Assembly (NCBI GenBank): GCA_963724295.1
Contig: CAVRUC010000002.1
Span: forward strand, 383,275-447,274
Direction of reading: 5' to 3'
Length of the DNA: 64,000 nt
Source: an uncultured Chloroflexia bacterium
Lineage (GTDB): Bacteria; Chloroflexota; Chloroflexia; Thermomicrobiales; UBA6265
The notes under the pieces were generated by a model. It was not told the DNA's origin and ran no database searches. It saw only the letters and a program-made list of their open reading frames with translations. This document shows positions 9,477-19,912 of the stretch, piece after piece. A program made the position numbers and the translations under genes. Positions within the stretch are counted from its first letter, which is position 1. Every line of letters begins with the position of its first letter.

Positions 9477-11063
9477 ATGCACGAAATTCTGATCCCGTTC
9501 GCCTTGGTCGGCATGGTGCTCATGCTCTCGGGGCTCGTTTCGGGACTGGTGCGTACGGCGCCGATCTCGGTGCCGATCGTCTTCCTGGGACTCGGACTGC
9601 TACTTGGCGACGGAGGGCTGGGACTCCTGCAGATCGGCGTTCACGACGAAGCGCTGGAAGTGGTGGCGATCCTCAGCCTCGCCTTCGTCCTGTTCCTCGA
9701 CGCGGTGAACTTGCGGTTCGATGAAGGAGAACGCGCCTGGCTGGTGCCGGTCCTGGCACTGGGTCCTGGCACACTCCTCACGGTTGCCATTGTCGCCGCC
9801 GGCGCGAGGCTGATTTTCGGGACATCGCTGGTCGAGTCGCTGCTGCTGGGCTCCATCCTGGCATCAATCGACCCTGTGGTGTTACGCGACGTCGTCCGTG
9901 ACGAGCGTGTCCCGCGCTCGATCCGGCAGGCGCTAACGGTCGAGGCCGGAACGAACGACATCGTCGTACTGCCGCTCATCCTGATCCTCTCCACGATCGC
10001 GCTGGGGCAGACCGGCGGCGCCTCCGATTGGGTGGCGATGCTGGCCCGGCTCTTTCTCATCGGTCCCGTGGCCGGAGCGGTTGTCGGGTTCGTCAGCGTC
10101 TGGCTGATCGAAAACCTGCGTGCCCGCGTTCCCATCAGCCGGGAATACCGCGCGCTCTACGGCGTCGGCACCGTGCTGGTGGCCTATGTCGTCGGTGAGG
10201 CAGTCGGCGGTAGCGGGTTCCTGGCCGTGTTCTTCGCCGGCGCGGTAATCGTCAAGACCGACTTTGATCTCTGCGATTGCTTCCTCGAGTACGGCGAGGT
10301 CACCGCCGAGATGGCGATGCTGCTGGCATTCGTTCTCTTCGGGGCGTTGCTGTCGTCTCTTGCCGGTTCGATCCCGCTGGTGCCCACGCTGGCGTTTGCG
10401 CTGGTCGTACTGTTCGTGGCCCGACCGCTGGCCATTGGCCTCGTTCTGCGCCGGACCGTGGTCAGCAAACGGGCCCGCACGTTCATCGGCTGGTTCGGTC
10501 CGCGGGGCTTGTCATCGCTCCTGTTCGGGTTGCTAGTGGTGTTGCAGGGTGTTCCGGGAGCGGAGCGGCTGCTGGCGATTACCGGGGTCGTCGCCATCAC
10601 CTCGGTCATTCTCCATGGCGTGTCCGCGACACCGCTGATCGCCGCCTACGGGAGGGCGATGGCCAGGGAGACCCTCCCCGAGGAACGGGAGATGACCGCG
10701 ACCGGACTGTTTGGGGGCGACTACGAGCAGGTGCCGCGGATCACGCCCGAGGAGCTGTCCGTGGCGCTCGCCGGTCCCAACCCACCCATCGTGCTCGACG
10801 TACGTACCCGCTCGACGACCGGGCGAGGTGATGCGGGAATCCCCGGCAGCGTGCGGGTGCCTCCGGATGAAGTGAGCGACTGGGCGACCCGACAGCCACC
10901 CGGACGACCAATCGTCGCCTACTGCACCTGACCGGACGAAGCGACGAGCGCCCGTGCGGCGGCTCATCTTCGCTCGGTCGGTTTCGAGGCGTCGGCCCTT
11001 ACCGGTGGCCTCACAGCCTGGCGCGAGCGCTATCCGGTGACGCCGGTGGAAACCGCCGCCTGA
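9477..11063 (+). CDS. CPA1/NhaP-type cation:proton antiporter with C-terminal rhodanese domain; probable selenocysteine at UGA 10929-10931
   Basis: SIDPV, EAGTND and GWFGPRGLSS motifs. The rhodanese LDVR...VAYCT-[TGA]-PDEATSARAA...ALTGGLTAW continues 43 codons in frame after the UGA, with a hairpin immediately downstream. Confidence 0.85.
10932..10977 (+). promoter_or_regulatory. candidate bacterial SECIS element
   Basis: CCGGACGAAG/CTTCGCTCGG lower stem, GAGCGCC/GGCGGCTC upper stem, apical loop CGTGC, directly 3' of the UGA. Confidence 0.6.
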
Positions 11064-11323
11064 TCGTCCCATAACCAGCAACACGAGACGGTGTCTTCGT
11101 CGCCGCGTTGTCCCCATGCCCGGTGCCGGGTCGGCACGACTCTGGCTATGGGAGCAGCGAGGCGTCCGTGGCGGAAATGGTTCCGCGCTCCTGACTCCGT
11201 CAGGCTGGAAGAGGATTGGGCGTTCCAGGGCGTCTCATTCAAAGAAACGCGCTGGACATCCGCGAACCGTCGTCCGTCGAGATGGTCAAGCAGCGACCAG
11301 TGAGAAGCAAGAAGGGAATCACT

Positions 11324-12242
11324 ATGGTCCGTCCCGCACGATTGCTGTCGGTACTCGCCGTGCTGTCGATGATGCTCTTTGCGCATCCGGCGGTAACCGC
11401 TCAGGATGCAACTCCCGCGGCCGGGGAGGTCATCGACCCCGCGGAATGCCAGGTCGAACCGCGCGCGATCGAGGAGATCCAGGAGCTCGTCGGCACGGCC
11501 GGTGAAGAGGCCGAAGCGACGCCGGATGCCGCCCAGGCTGGTTCAATGGAGGGTGAAGACGCCGACGAGGCGACCGTCCAGGCAGTGACCCAGACCTACC
11601 GTGAGCTGGTCGCGTGTCTGAACGCGGGCGAGTTTCTGCGCGTCTACGCGCTCTACACCGACGATTACCTGCGCCGCACGCTTAATGACGCTGGCATAGA
11701 TCTCGGGCAGATTCAAGCCACGCCGGCGCCAGATCAACAAGAGATGACAGCGCTCGTCGGCGTCAGCGAGGTGCGTCAGATCGCCGGCGGTCGTGTGACG
11801 GTGCGGGTCGAAACCACCTCCTCACCCGAGGGCACGTCCAGCGTCATCCAGGGCGTTCTGGAGCAAGTCGACGATCGTTATCTGATCGCGGACGAGACTG
11901 TCGTCGACGCGGCTGGCCGCCGCCACGCCCGCTGCAGCCGGCGAAGAGCAGGCGGCGGCCGGGGGCGGGGCGGGCGAGACGATGACCGTGGAGTCGTATG
12001 ACATCTACTTCGAGCCGGACGAGTTGAGCATCCCGGCCGATACCGACGTGACCGTGAGCCTGCCCAACGTGGGTGCCGCGTTGCACAACTTCAGCATCGA
12101 TGAGCTGGGGATCGACGTCGACATTGCCCCGGGGGCCACCGAGGAGACGGTCATCAACGCCCCGGCTGGCACCTACGAGTACTACTGCAACGTGCCGGGT
12201 CACAAGCCGGCCGGCATGGTTGGCACCCTGACCGTTCAATAG
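11324..12242 (+). CDS. secreted protein with a two-Cys N-terminal domain and a C-terminal cupredoxin domain (frameshift near 11915)
   Basis: Signal peptide, DPAECQVEPR...ELVACLNAG, then HNF...YCNVPGHKPAGM type-1 copper ligands. Confidence 0.82.
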
Positions 12243-12337
12243 CGTTCGCGGCAGGGGCGTCTGCCCAGCTTGTGAGCAGACGTCCCCGCCAACACGTGCT
12301 CCAGCAGTAGCCCGCCCCACCGGGGAGGCCTCCGCGA

Positions 12338-13411
12338 TCAATCGATCAGCAAGTGCCCGTTCTCGAAAACGCGCCGTCCGTCCAACTCGATAGCGCCCTC
12401 TGTTCGCAGATCCTTGACGAGGTCCCAGTGGAGCGCTGACTGGTTCGTCCCGTCGCATTCCGCATAGGCTCGACCGAGAGCGAGGTGGATCGTGCCGCCG
12501 ATCTTCTCGTCGAACAGGATGTCACCGACGAACCGGTCGATGCCGTCATTGACACCGACGCCGAACTCCCCGATCCGCCGTGCTCCGGCGTCGATGGCCA
12601 GGATCTGCTTGAGAAACTCCTCACCCGACTCCGCCGTGGCCGCGACGACCTCGCCGGCCCGGAACTCGAGGCGGATACCCTCGATCGATCGCCCACCGTA
12701 GTTCCCCGGGTACTCGAACGCGATGACACCTTCGGCGCTGTCGTCGATGGGCGCCGTGTAGATCTCTCCGTCGGGGATGTTGATGTGGCCGTCGCCAACC
12801 ACGTAGGTGCGGCCGGCGGTGGTGAAGGTGAGGTCGGTGTCGCGTCCGACGATCCGCACCCGGGTCGCGGCCTGGAACAGGTCCCGAATCCGTCCATAGC
12901 GCCGTGATTCTTCGTCCCAGTCGCGCAGGGTGGCGTCGAAGAAGAAGTCCGTTGCCGCGTCCAGGCTCATTCCAGCCGCTTGAGCGAAGGATTCGTTTGG
13001 CACGCGGACGAGAACCCAGCGGGTCTGCTCGTTGCGCAAGGCGGAGATCGCACCCTGCGCGCGTTTGTGGGTCGCCAATCGCTCGGTTGGGATATCGCCA
13101 AACTCGTGTGGGTTGCGGGCGCCGCGCAGGCCGACATAGGCATCAGCCCACTCCATCCCGCTGCGCTCGAGATCAGGGACGCGAGCGATCAGCTCCTCGG
13201 TGCCATACCTCAGCAGCGCCCGTTCGAGATACGCCGAAGCGAACTGCACCTGGGGAAAAGCGCCGGCCTGCACCGCGTGCTGGTAGACGGCGAGGGTCAG
13301 CGGGAACGTTTCCAGCTCCATCATCGTGATCAGGAGACGATCGCCGGCCCTGGTGCGCGTCGAGTAGTTGACCAGGATCTCGCCAAGTTGTGACCAGCGC
13401 CGGTCGAACAT
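12338..13411 (-). CDS. M29 family aminopeptidase
   Basis: NIPDGEIYTAP, IGEFGVG, DEKIGGTIHLALG, SALHWDLV. Confidence 0.93.
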   Translation of the reverse strand: MFDRRWSQLGEILVNYSTRTRAGDRLLITMMELETFPLTLAVYQHAVQAGAFPQVQFASAYLERALLRYGTEELIARVPDLERSGMEWADAYVGLRGARNPHEFGDIPTERLATHKRAQGAISALRNEQTRWVLVRVPNESFAQAAGMSLDAATDFFFDATLRDWDEESRRYGRIRDLFQAATRVRIVGRDTDLTFTTAGRTYVVGDGHINIPDGEIYTAPIDDSAEGVIAFEYPGNYGGRSIEGIRLEFRAGEVVAATAESGEEFLKQILAIDAGARRIGEFGVGVNDGIDRFVGDILFDEKIGGTIHLALGRAYAECDGTNQSALHWDLVKDLRTEGAIELDGRRVFENGHLLID

Positions 13412-13655
13412 GCGCCGCTCCTTTCACGAGAATGGTGACATCGTATGCGCTCACGCCTGAAGATTGGCGGCGGACACCGATGAAATCATGCAGAGCGCGG
13501 AGGTGCCGCGGCCAATGTAGCCTGCAAACTGAACCATCCTGAGCGATAGTGGGCAGATCGTCACCTCGCGGCTCAGCGCCACGGGCAGCGGACTCGGCAA
13601 AGTGTGAACCTGCCGGCTGCCCGTTCATCGGGCTGATGAATCGGAGAAAAATGTC

Positions 13656-14900
13656 ATGGCCACAGTCGTCTTGGCCGGCACGCTCGATACCAAGGGAATC
13701 GAGTATGCCTACGTACGGGACCGACTGCGCGAGCGCGGCGTCAACGTCATCCTCATCGACGTGGGAGTGCTCGGGGAGCCGCTCGTCGCGCCCGACATCG
13801 GGCGAGACGTCATCGCCGCGGCAGGCGGAGCCGACCTTTCGGACCTCGTGGCCGCTGCTGACCGGGGGAGTGCCATCGAGGTAATGGCGTTCGGGCTTGG
13901 TGCTATGGTGCGGCAGCTCCACGAGGGAGGCAAACTCGACGCTCTCCTCGGACTCGGCGGCGGCGGCGGATCAGCGCTAATCACCGCGGCAATGCGCGAG
14001 CTTCCGATTGCGGTACCGAAGTTGCTCGTCTCGACGGTCGTAGCGGGTGCAACCCGCTCATACGCTGGCGTAACCGGGATCACCGTGATGGACGCGATCG
14101 TCGATATCGCCGGAATCAACCGCATCTCCGAGCGCGTCTTCACCCAAGCGACAGCAGCGGCGGCGGCCATGGCTGAGGCGAGTGCGGCCATGCGGTCGGC
14201 GCCAACCGACAGACCGCTGCTGGGAGCCACGATGTTCGGAGTGACCACACCGTGCGTGACGACCGCCCGGGAGCGGTTGGAGGAGCTTGGCTACGAGGTG
14301 CTCGTCTTCCACGCCACCGGTAATGGCGGCAGGACACTCGAGCAGCTCATTCGGGACGGCACGATTACCGGCGTGCTGGACATTACCACCACCGAGTTGG
14401 CGGACGATCTGGTGGGCGGGGTCCTTTCGGCCGGTCCCGATCGTCTAACGGCGGCTGGCGAACTGGGAATCCCACAACTTGTCTCGCTAGGCGCGCTCGA
14501 CATCGTGAATTTCGGGCCTAGCGAGACGGTGCCCGCGCGATTCAAGGGCCGCCTCTTCTACAAGCACAACCCCGCTGTCACCCTGATGCGAACCACCCCT
14601 GGGGAGTGCGCGGAATTGGGCAAGCGCCTGGCCCTGAAAATCAACCAGGCGCGCGGCCCGGTAACCCTCTTCATCCCGCTGCGAGGCGTTTCGTCTATCG
14701 CGGTCCCCGGGCAGGTATTCCACGATCCCGAGGCTGATGCCGCCTTGGTCGAGGCTATTCGCGAGCACATTAGCGACTGGGTTGACATACGGGAGTTGGA
14801 TACCCACATCAATGACCCTGGGTTTGCCGTGGAGATGGCGAATGTATTCCACAAGCTCTACACGGCGTGGGCCGAACAGACGGAAAGGACAACCGCGTGA
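13656..14900 (+). CDS. Tm-1-like ATP-binding domain protein (UPF0261)
   Basis: [36 protein letters not shown]. Confidence 0.92.
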   Translation: MATVVLAGTLDTKGIEYAYVRDRLRERGVNVILIDVGVLGEPLVAPDIGRDVIAAAGGADLSDLVAAADRGSAIEVMAFGLGAMVRQLHEGGKLDALLGLGGGGGSALITAAMRELPIAVPKLLVSTVVAGATRSYAGVTGITVMDAIVDIAGINRISERVFTQATAAAAAMAEASAAMRSAPTDRPLLGATMFGVTTPCVTTARERLEELGYEVLVFHATGNGGRTLEQLIRDGTITGVLDITTTELADDLVGGVLSAGPDRLTAAGELGIPQLVSLGALDIVNFGPSETVPARFKGRLFYKHNPAVTLMRTTPGECAELGKRLALKINQARGPVTLFIPLRGVSSIAVPGQVFHDPEADAALVEAIREHISDWVDIRELDTHINDPGFAVEMANVFHKLYTAWAEQTERTTA

Positions 14901-15718
14901 GGCGGGAAGAGGCTCTGGCTCGGTTACGATCGCAAGTGCAAAGTGGTCGACCGATCATCGGCGCCGGGGCCGGAACAGGCCTCTCGGCGAAGAGTGCCGA
15001 AGCAGGCGGCGCCGACCTGATCATCATCTATAACTCCGGCCGCTACCGGATGGCAGGGCGTGGATCCCTCGCCGGTCTCCTCCCATACGGGGATGCCAAC
15101 GCCGTTGTCTTGGACATGGCCCGCGAGGTGTTGCCTGTCGTGAAGACGACGCCAGTGCTGGCTGGCGTCTGTGGCACCGACCCGTTCCGAATGATGGAGA
15201 TCTTTTTGCCACAGCTTCGGGACATGGGATTCTCAGGCATCCAGAATTTTCCGACCGTTGGCTTGTTCGAGGGCGTCTTTCGTCGGAACCTCGAAGAGAC
15301 CGGCATGGGCTACGAACTCGAAGTCGAGATGGTGCGCCAGGCCCGGGCACTGGATCTCTTGACAGCGCCCTATGTTTTCAACGAAGACGAAGCGCGCAAG
15401 ATGGCCGAGGCGGGAGCGGACGTGCTCGTGCCGCACGTCGGTCTAACCACCTCCGGCATGATCGGCGCCCAGACAGCTATTAGCCTCGACCAGGCGGTAA
15501 CGCGCGTGCAGGCGATGCATGACGCGGCAAAGAGAGTGAATCCGGACATCCTTGTGCTCTGTCACGGCGGGCCAATCGTTGAGCCGGAGGACACCGCCTA
15601 TGTGCTGGAGCAGACGAGTGGCATCGTCGGGTTCTTCGGCGCGTCGAGCATGGAGCGGCTGCCGACCGAGGTGGCGATTTCTGAAACAGTGCGACGCTTC
15701 AAATCAACCTCGCTCTGA
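14897..15718 (+). CDS. TIM-barrel phosphoenolpyruvate hydrolase-like protein
   Basis: [45 protein letters not shown] overlap with the upstream gene. Confidence 0.92.
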   Translation: MRREEALARLRSQVQSGRPIIGAGAGTGLSAKSAEAGGADLIIIYNSGRYRMAGRGSLAGLLPYGDANAVVLDMAREVLPVVKTTPVLAGVCGTDPFRMMEIFLPQLRDMGFSGIQNFPTVGLFEGVFRRNLEETGMGYELEVEMVRQARALDLLTAPYVFNEDEARKMAEAGADVLVPHVGLTTSGMIGAQTAISLDQAVTRVQAMHDAAKRVNPDILVLCHGGPIVEPEDTAYVLEQTSGIVGFFGASSMERLPTEVAISETVRRFKSTSL

Positions 15719-15919
15719 GCCGATTCCTCCGACTTGCCGGGTCGTCACCTTTCTCCCCAAGAAGATGCCCTGGGCCTTGAATCGGTACTCCTGGATGAGC
15801 CATGCGACATCAGCGCGTGAACGAACTGTCGCTGCCGCCCATGAGGATGTCGTGACCAGGCTGCTGATTCACCGCTGCAGTCCGGATCCTGTCGGCGTTT
15901 TGTTCCTGGTGCAGGATGG

Positions 15920-16295
15920 TCAACCAGAGTTGCATTCCTCGAGCGGCCGTACTTCGATCGATCCCAGGCGTGCCGCCGGCATCTTCGCGGCGATCCGGAT
16001 GGCGTCGTTCAGATCCCTGGCGTCGATGAGGTAGAACGCACCTAATCGCTCCTTCGTCCCGGCGGCGGCGCCATTGGAGATGAAGACCGAGCCGTCGCGG
16101 ACGCGGATCGTGGTGGCCGTCTCCGCCGGCTGCAACCTGGCTGCGGCAACGGAGTGACCACTCCGACTCGAGCTCCCCAGGGCATTCGAGATTCTCGGTC
16201 GCGATAAACTCCGATTCGCGCTCGGCCAGGGCGTCGGTCTTCTCCTCGTCCTCATAGACCAGGCAGAGGTACCTCAATTTCACGTTCAAGTTCAC
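15920..16295 (-). CDS. YciI/DGPF family protein (frameshift near 16170, degenerate DGPF motif)
   Basis: RYLCLVYEDE..., then LQPAETATTIRVRDG...KERLGAFYLIDARDLNDAI...IEVRP. Confidence 0.75.
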
Positions 16296-16337
16296 GCTCC
16301 CCTCCGCGGCGGGCTGATCCGGCAATAACACCAGATC

Positions 16338-16364
16338 GTCGTTTGGAGGATCGTGAAATCGACA
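16338..16364 (-). promoter_or_regulatory. ECF42-type promoter TGTCGA-N17-CGAC
   Basis: Exact motif upstream of the yciI-like gene. Confidence 0.75.
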
Positions 16365-16376
16365 TTCCGCACATTC

Positions 16377-16477
16377 GGGTGGCAGGGTGGCAGGATGGCA
16401 GAGTGACAGGGAGAACGAATATCCTGCCACCCTGCCACCACGAGCGTAGCGAGTAACCACCCCGACACCCATCACCC
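16377..16477. repeat. intergenic palindromic repeat family A, copy 2
   Basis: (GGGTGGCA)n-GGGAGAACGA-(CCTGCCAC)n-CACGAGCGTAGCGAGT. Confidence 0.85.
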
Positions 16478-16502
16478 TCGTACCAGCTGTACCCCAGACA
16501 CA

Positions 16503-16536
16503 GCGAAACCCGGCTCCGTGTAGAACCGGGTTTCGC
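16503..16536. terminator. stem-loop downstream of the yciI-like gene
   Basis: GCGAAACCCGG...CCGGGTTTCGC. Confidence 0.5.
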
Positions 16537-16567
16537 TCCATGGCATCGCTGATGGATCGTCGCTGCC

Positions 16568-16936
16568 TTAGCCGGGATGCTCATCCTCCGGCAAGCCCGG
16601 GATTTCCATTACTGGCCGGATCTCGATCGTGCCCCAGCGACCCCCCGGTATGCGGGCGGCGATATCAATTGCTTCGTCGAGATCCGGCGCGTCGATCAGG
16701 TAGTAGCCACCGAGTTGTTCGCGCGTCTCAGCGAACGGCCCGTCAGTTACCAGCCGTTTGCCTTCCCGAACCCGGACACTGGTTGCCGTCGAGCTCAAGT
16801 GGAGCGGGGAGGCGCCCAGATAGCGACCGCTGTCATTGAGGTCTCGAGCCAGTTGTGCGGACTCGCCGTAGCACTTCTCCCGCTCCTCCGCGTCTATGGC
16901 ATCCTCGGCGCCGTAAACCAGCAGCATGTATTTCAT
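16568..16936 (-). CDS. YciI/DGPF family protein
   Basis: MKYMLLVY...VTDGPFAETREQLGGYYLID...IEIRP; GGAGG SD. Confidence 0.93.
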   Translation of the reverse strand: MKYMLLVYGAEDAIDAEEREKCYGESAQLARDLNDSGRYLGASPLHLSSTATSVRVREGKRLVTDGPFAETREQLGGYYLIDAPDLDEAIDIAARIPGGRWGTIEIRPVMEIPGLPEDEHPG

Positions 16937-17023
16937 ACGGTTACCTCCATATTCGCCCGGCCCGAGCAGCAACAAAACACGGTGTCATCCCGACGAACGA
17001 TGGCACATCATGGCCAACTCGCC

Positions 17024-17320
17024 CTAGCCTCCGGCCATCGCCCCGATAACCAGAAACGGCTCGTCCCCCGTCGCCACGGCCGCGGGGAGGGGAGCGTCGG
17101 GCGGCTCATGGGAGAGATCTTGCTTGCCGGCGAAGAACCTCACCAAGGGTCTCCGCTGCCGAGTGACGGTGTCACGGATCGTTCCCCGCAATGTCGGATA
17201 CGCCTCCTCGAGTGCATCGAGCACCGCGCGCTGCGTCACCGCACCCTCCACCTCGAGCTCCACGACTCGGTCGGTTCGCGCCAGGGTCCGCAGATGGGCC
17301 GGGAGCATGACGCGGATCAT
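17024..17320 (-). CDS. MoaD/ThiS family ubiquitin-like protein
   Basis: [11 protein letters not shown]..., C-terminal AMAGG. Confidence 0.9.
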   Translation of the reverse strand: MIRVMLPAHLRTLARTDRVVELEVEGAVTQRAVLDALEEAYPTLRGTIRDTVTRQRRPLVRFFAGKQDLSHEPPDAPLPAAVATGDEPFLVIGAMAGG

Positions 17321-18432
17321 TGCAGGGTCTGCACTTCGACGGAGAGAACGGACGGCAGATCCCGCACGATCGGAGCCCATGTGTCGCCAGAGTCGGCCGA
17401 TGCATAGACCTGCCCGCCCGTGGTGCCAACGTAGATGCCGCAGGAGTCGAGCGAGTCGACCGCCATCGCATCACGCAGCACGTTGACGTAGCAGTCCTGT
17501 TGCGGCAGCCCGTCGGTCAGCGCTTCCCACTCGTGTCCGCCCGTGCGGCTGCGGTAGACGCGCAGCTTGCCGTCCGGCGGATAGTGCTCGGAGTCGCTCT
17601 TGATCGGAACGACGTAGATCGTCTCCGGCTCGTGGGCATGAACGGCAATCGGGAATCCGAAGTCGCTCGGCAGGTTGCCACTGACTTCGTGCCAGCACTC
17701 GCCGGCGTTGTCCGAGCGCATGACGTCCCAGTGCTTCTGCATGAACAGCACGTCGGGGCGCGAGGGATGCATGGCGACGCTATGCACGCAGTGGCCGACG
17801 TCGGCATCCGGGTCGGGAAGCTCATAAAGCGATTTCAAGCCCTGATTGATCGGCAACCACGTCTGGCCGCCGTCGTCAGAGCGGAATGCGCCCGCGGCCG
17901 AGATGGCGACGACAATCCGGTCGGGATCGTTGGGATCGAGGACGATGGTGTGCAGGCACATCCCGCCCGCGCCCGGCTGCCAGAGGTTGCCTTTGACTTC
18001 GCGCAGCCCGGAAAGTTCGTGCCAGCTCTGCCCGCCGTCAGTCGAGCGGAACAACGCCGCGTCTTCGACTCCGGCGTAGACAGTGTCGGGGTCCGACAGC
18101 GACGGTTCGAGATGCCAGACGCGGGTGAACTCCCAGGGGTGCTGCGTGCCGTCGTACCACTGGTGCGTGCCGGGGACACCGTCGTAGACGAACTCGTTCC
18201 CGACCGGATTCCAGGTCCGGCCGCCATCGTCGGAGCGCTGCATCGTCTGCCCGAACCACCCACTGGATTGCGAGGCATAGAGCCGGTTCGGATCGACCGA
18301 CGAGCCCTTCAGGTGGTACATCTCCCAACCCGCGAAGTGGGGACCACAGACATCCCACCGTTCGCGCCGCTCATCAGACGTCAGTACGAACGCGCCCTTG
18401 CGCGTACCAACCAGAACCCGCACGCCACTCAT
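17317..18432 (-). CDS. BNR/Asp-box beta-propeller (sialidase-like) protein
   Basis: VLVGTRKG and repeated SxDGGxTW Asp-boxes. Confidence 0.9.
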   Translation of the reverse strand: MSGVRVLVGTRKGAFVLTSDERRERWDVCGPHFAGWEMYHLKGSSVDPNRLYASQSSGWFGQTMQRSDDGGRTWNPVGNEFVYDGVPGTHQWYDGTQHPWEFTRVWHLEPSLSDPDTVYAGVEDAALFRSTDGGQSWHELSGLREVKGNLWQPGAGGMCLHTIVLDPNDPDRIVVAISAAGAFRSDDGGQTWLPINQGLKSLYELPDPDADVGHCVHSVAMHPSRPDVLFMQKHWDVMRSDNAGECWHEVSGNLPSDFGFPIAVHAHEPETIYVVPIKSDSEHYPPDGKLRVYRSRTGGHEWEALTDGLPQQDCYVNVLRDAMAVDSLDSCGIYVGTTGGQVYASADSGDTWAPIVRDLPSVLSVEVQTLQ

Positions 18433-18486
18433 CCACGACTCCTTTCCGAGCCTGCGAAGACATTTGCTTGCGGGGCTCGCCAACTA

Positions 18487-18513
18487 GTCGATCGACTCTG
18501 GCTCAATTCGACA
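18487..18513 (-). promoter_or_regulatory. ECF42-type promoter TGTCGA-N17-CGAC
   Basis: Exact motif 55 nt upstream of the BNR gene ATG. Confidence 0.75.
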
Positions 18514-18620
18514 ACCCGGGCATCTGAGTTTTCCGATGCGCCCGATTTCGCTCTCACGGGCTGCTGCCGCCGCGCGCTCAAAGCGCTTCCAGCCAGGCTG
18601 GTTGGCGGGGTCTCGGACAG

Positions 18621-18662
18621 CAGTATACCGCAAAAAGGGTGTACGTACAGGACAGATGTTCT
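18621..18662 (-). promoter_or_regulatory. conserved promoter block with TATACT -10 and LexA-like box (copy 1)
   Basis: Aligns without gaps to 23297-23338. Confidence 0.55.
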
Positions 18663-18733
18663 CCAGAGCGAATGCCGTCGTCTCGCTTCTCTGTCCTGGT
18701 CCCGGCCACCGCGCGGCACCAGGCTGAGCGGCA

Positions 18734-19193
18734 CTAGACTCGTCGCGAGCGTGTCAGCGTGGTCAGCATCGAGACGATGACCACGGCGGCGACGACATGC
18801 ATCAGCATCAGAATCGCCGTCTGGCCGGATGTGGCGCCCGGAACCGATGGGATGTAAATCAGGTCCGGGATCAGCGAGAGGACCAGCACCACGACGGCGA
18901 TGTTGGTGAAGATGCGCGCCGGGTTGCTGGTGAATCGCAGCAGCGCGGCATAGAGCAGGACCGCCACGATGGCCGGGACCACCGTGAACAGGATCGTACC
19001 GCTGGCGTTTGCCAGGACGACGAATTGCGGGTCATAGCCGACGACAGCGCTCCCCAGCGCATAGACCAGGAGATTGGCAAGCACGGCGGCGGCCACCGTG
19101 GCGAGGCCGATGAGGGCGAACCGCCCCCGGCTCACGGGGCGGCGCCGCCTCGGGCGCCGACGATGACGAAGAGGACAAAGCGATCGACGACAT
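18734..19193 (-). CDS. DUF6069-like 4-TM membrane protein (probable frameshift near 19140)
   Basis: Four hydrophobic segments, LSLIPD and LMHVVAA. AGGAGG SD precedes ATG 19193. Confidence 0.75.
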
Positions 19194-19253
19194 GGTTCAC
19201 GACCCTCCTTCAGAACTGACCGGCAACAACCGCGATGACTGTTGCACCAGGTA

Positions 19254-19280
19254 GTCGTTCAGGAAGGTCGCAAATCGACA
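19254..19280 (-). promoter_or_regulatory. ECF42-type promoter TGTCGA-N17-CGAC
   Basis: Exact motif upstream of the DUF6069-like gene. Confidence 0.75.
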
Positions 19281-19370
19281 ACGGGTCCCGTCAAATCCGC
19301 GTTGTCCTGGGGATCGCCCAATGCGGCGCCGAGCTCTGCTTGCCAGTGCCCGCGTGAGCGGGCGCACTCG

Positions 19371-19595
19371 CTAACGGTGCGCCGCGTCCTCCGTCGGTCC
19401 TTCGACCCACTTGCCCGATGGATCCTTGTGGTACTTGCGCTCGACCGCGCCCCAGGCAACCCGGTGGGCACGGCTCTCGTCGTGCCCATACTGGTCCCAG
19501 GCGCTGTTGAAGGCTTCCTTATAGATATCCTGCGCGTGCGCCGGCAGGTTATCGCGGACGCTCTCAGGGAGATCAGCTCGGTTTTGGTACGGCAT
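19371..19595 (-). CDS. chaB: ChaB family protein
   Basis: MPYQNRADLPESVRDNLPAHAQDIYKEAFNSAW...AHRVAWGAV. Confidence 0.9.
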   Translation of the reverse strand: MPYQNRADLPESVRDNLPAHAQDIYKEAFNSAWDQYGHDESRAHRVAWGAVERKYHKDPSGKWVEGPTEDAAHR

Positions 19596-19912
19596 CCTCG
19601 CCTCCTCATGCTGCAACGACGTGGTGACGCTCATCCATCTGCCGACAATGTCGGAGCAAGTGACGTGCCGCGAACGAGGGTCGGGCTGCGCACGCGTCGG
19701 CAGGTGCACTAGTACCTGCACGCTTGACAACTCCGGGATTCGGGATAGAGTGGGCCCACCGCCAAAATCAGGGTGTTCGCCAGGGGACCGTGTGCCGTTT
19801 ACCGGGCCGGTCCAGGCGAGACGTGTGATCCTGAGCGGAAACCAGAGCGAAGCGTTGCCATGCGCGCGAGAGCCGTGGCCAGGGCATCAATGCACTTCAG
19901 GAAGGTAGAACC

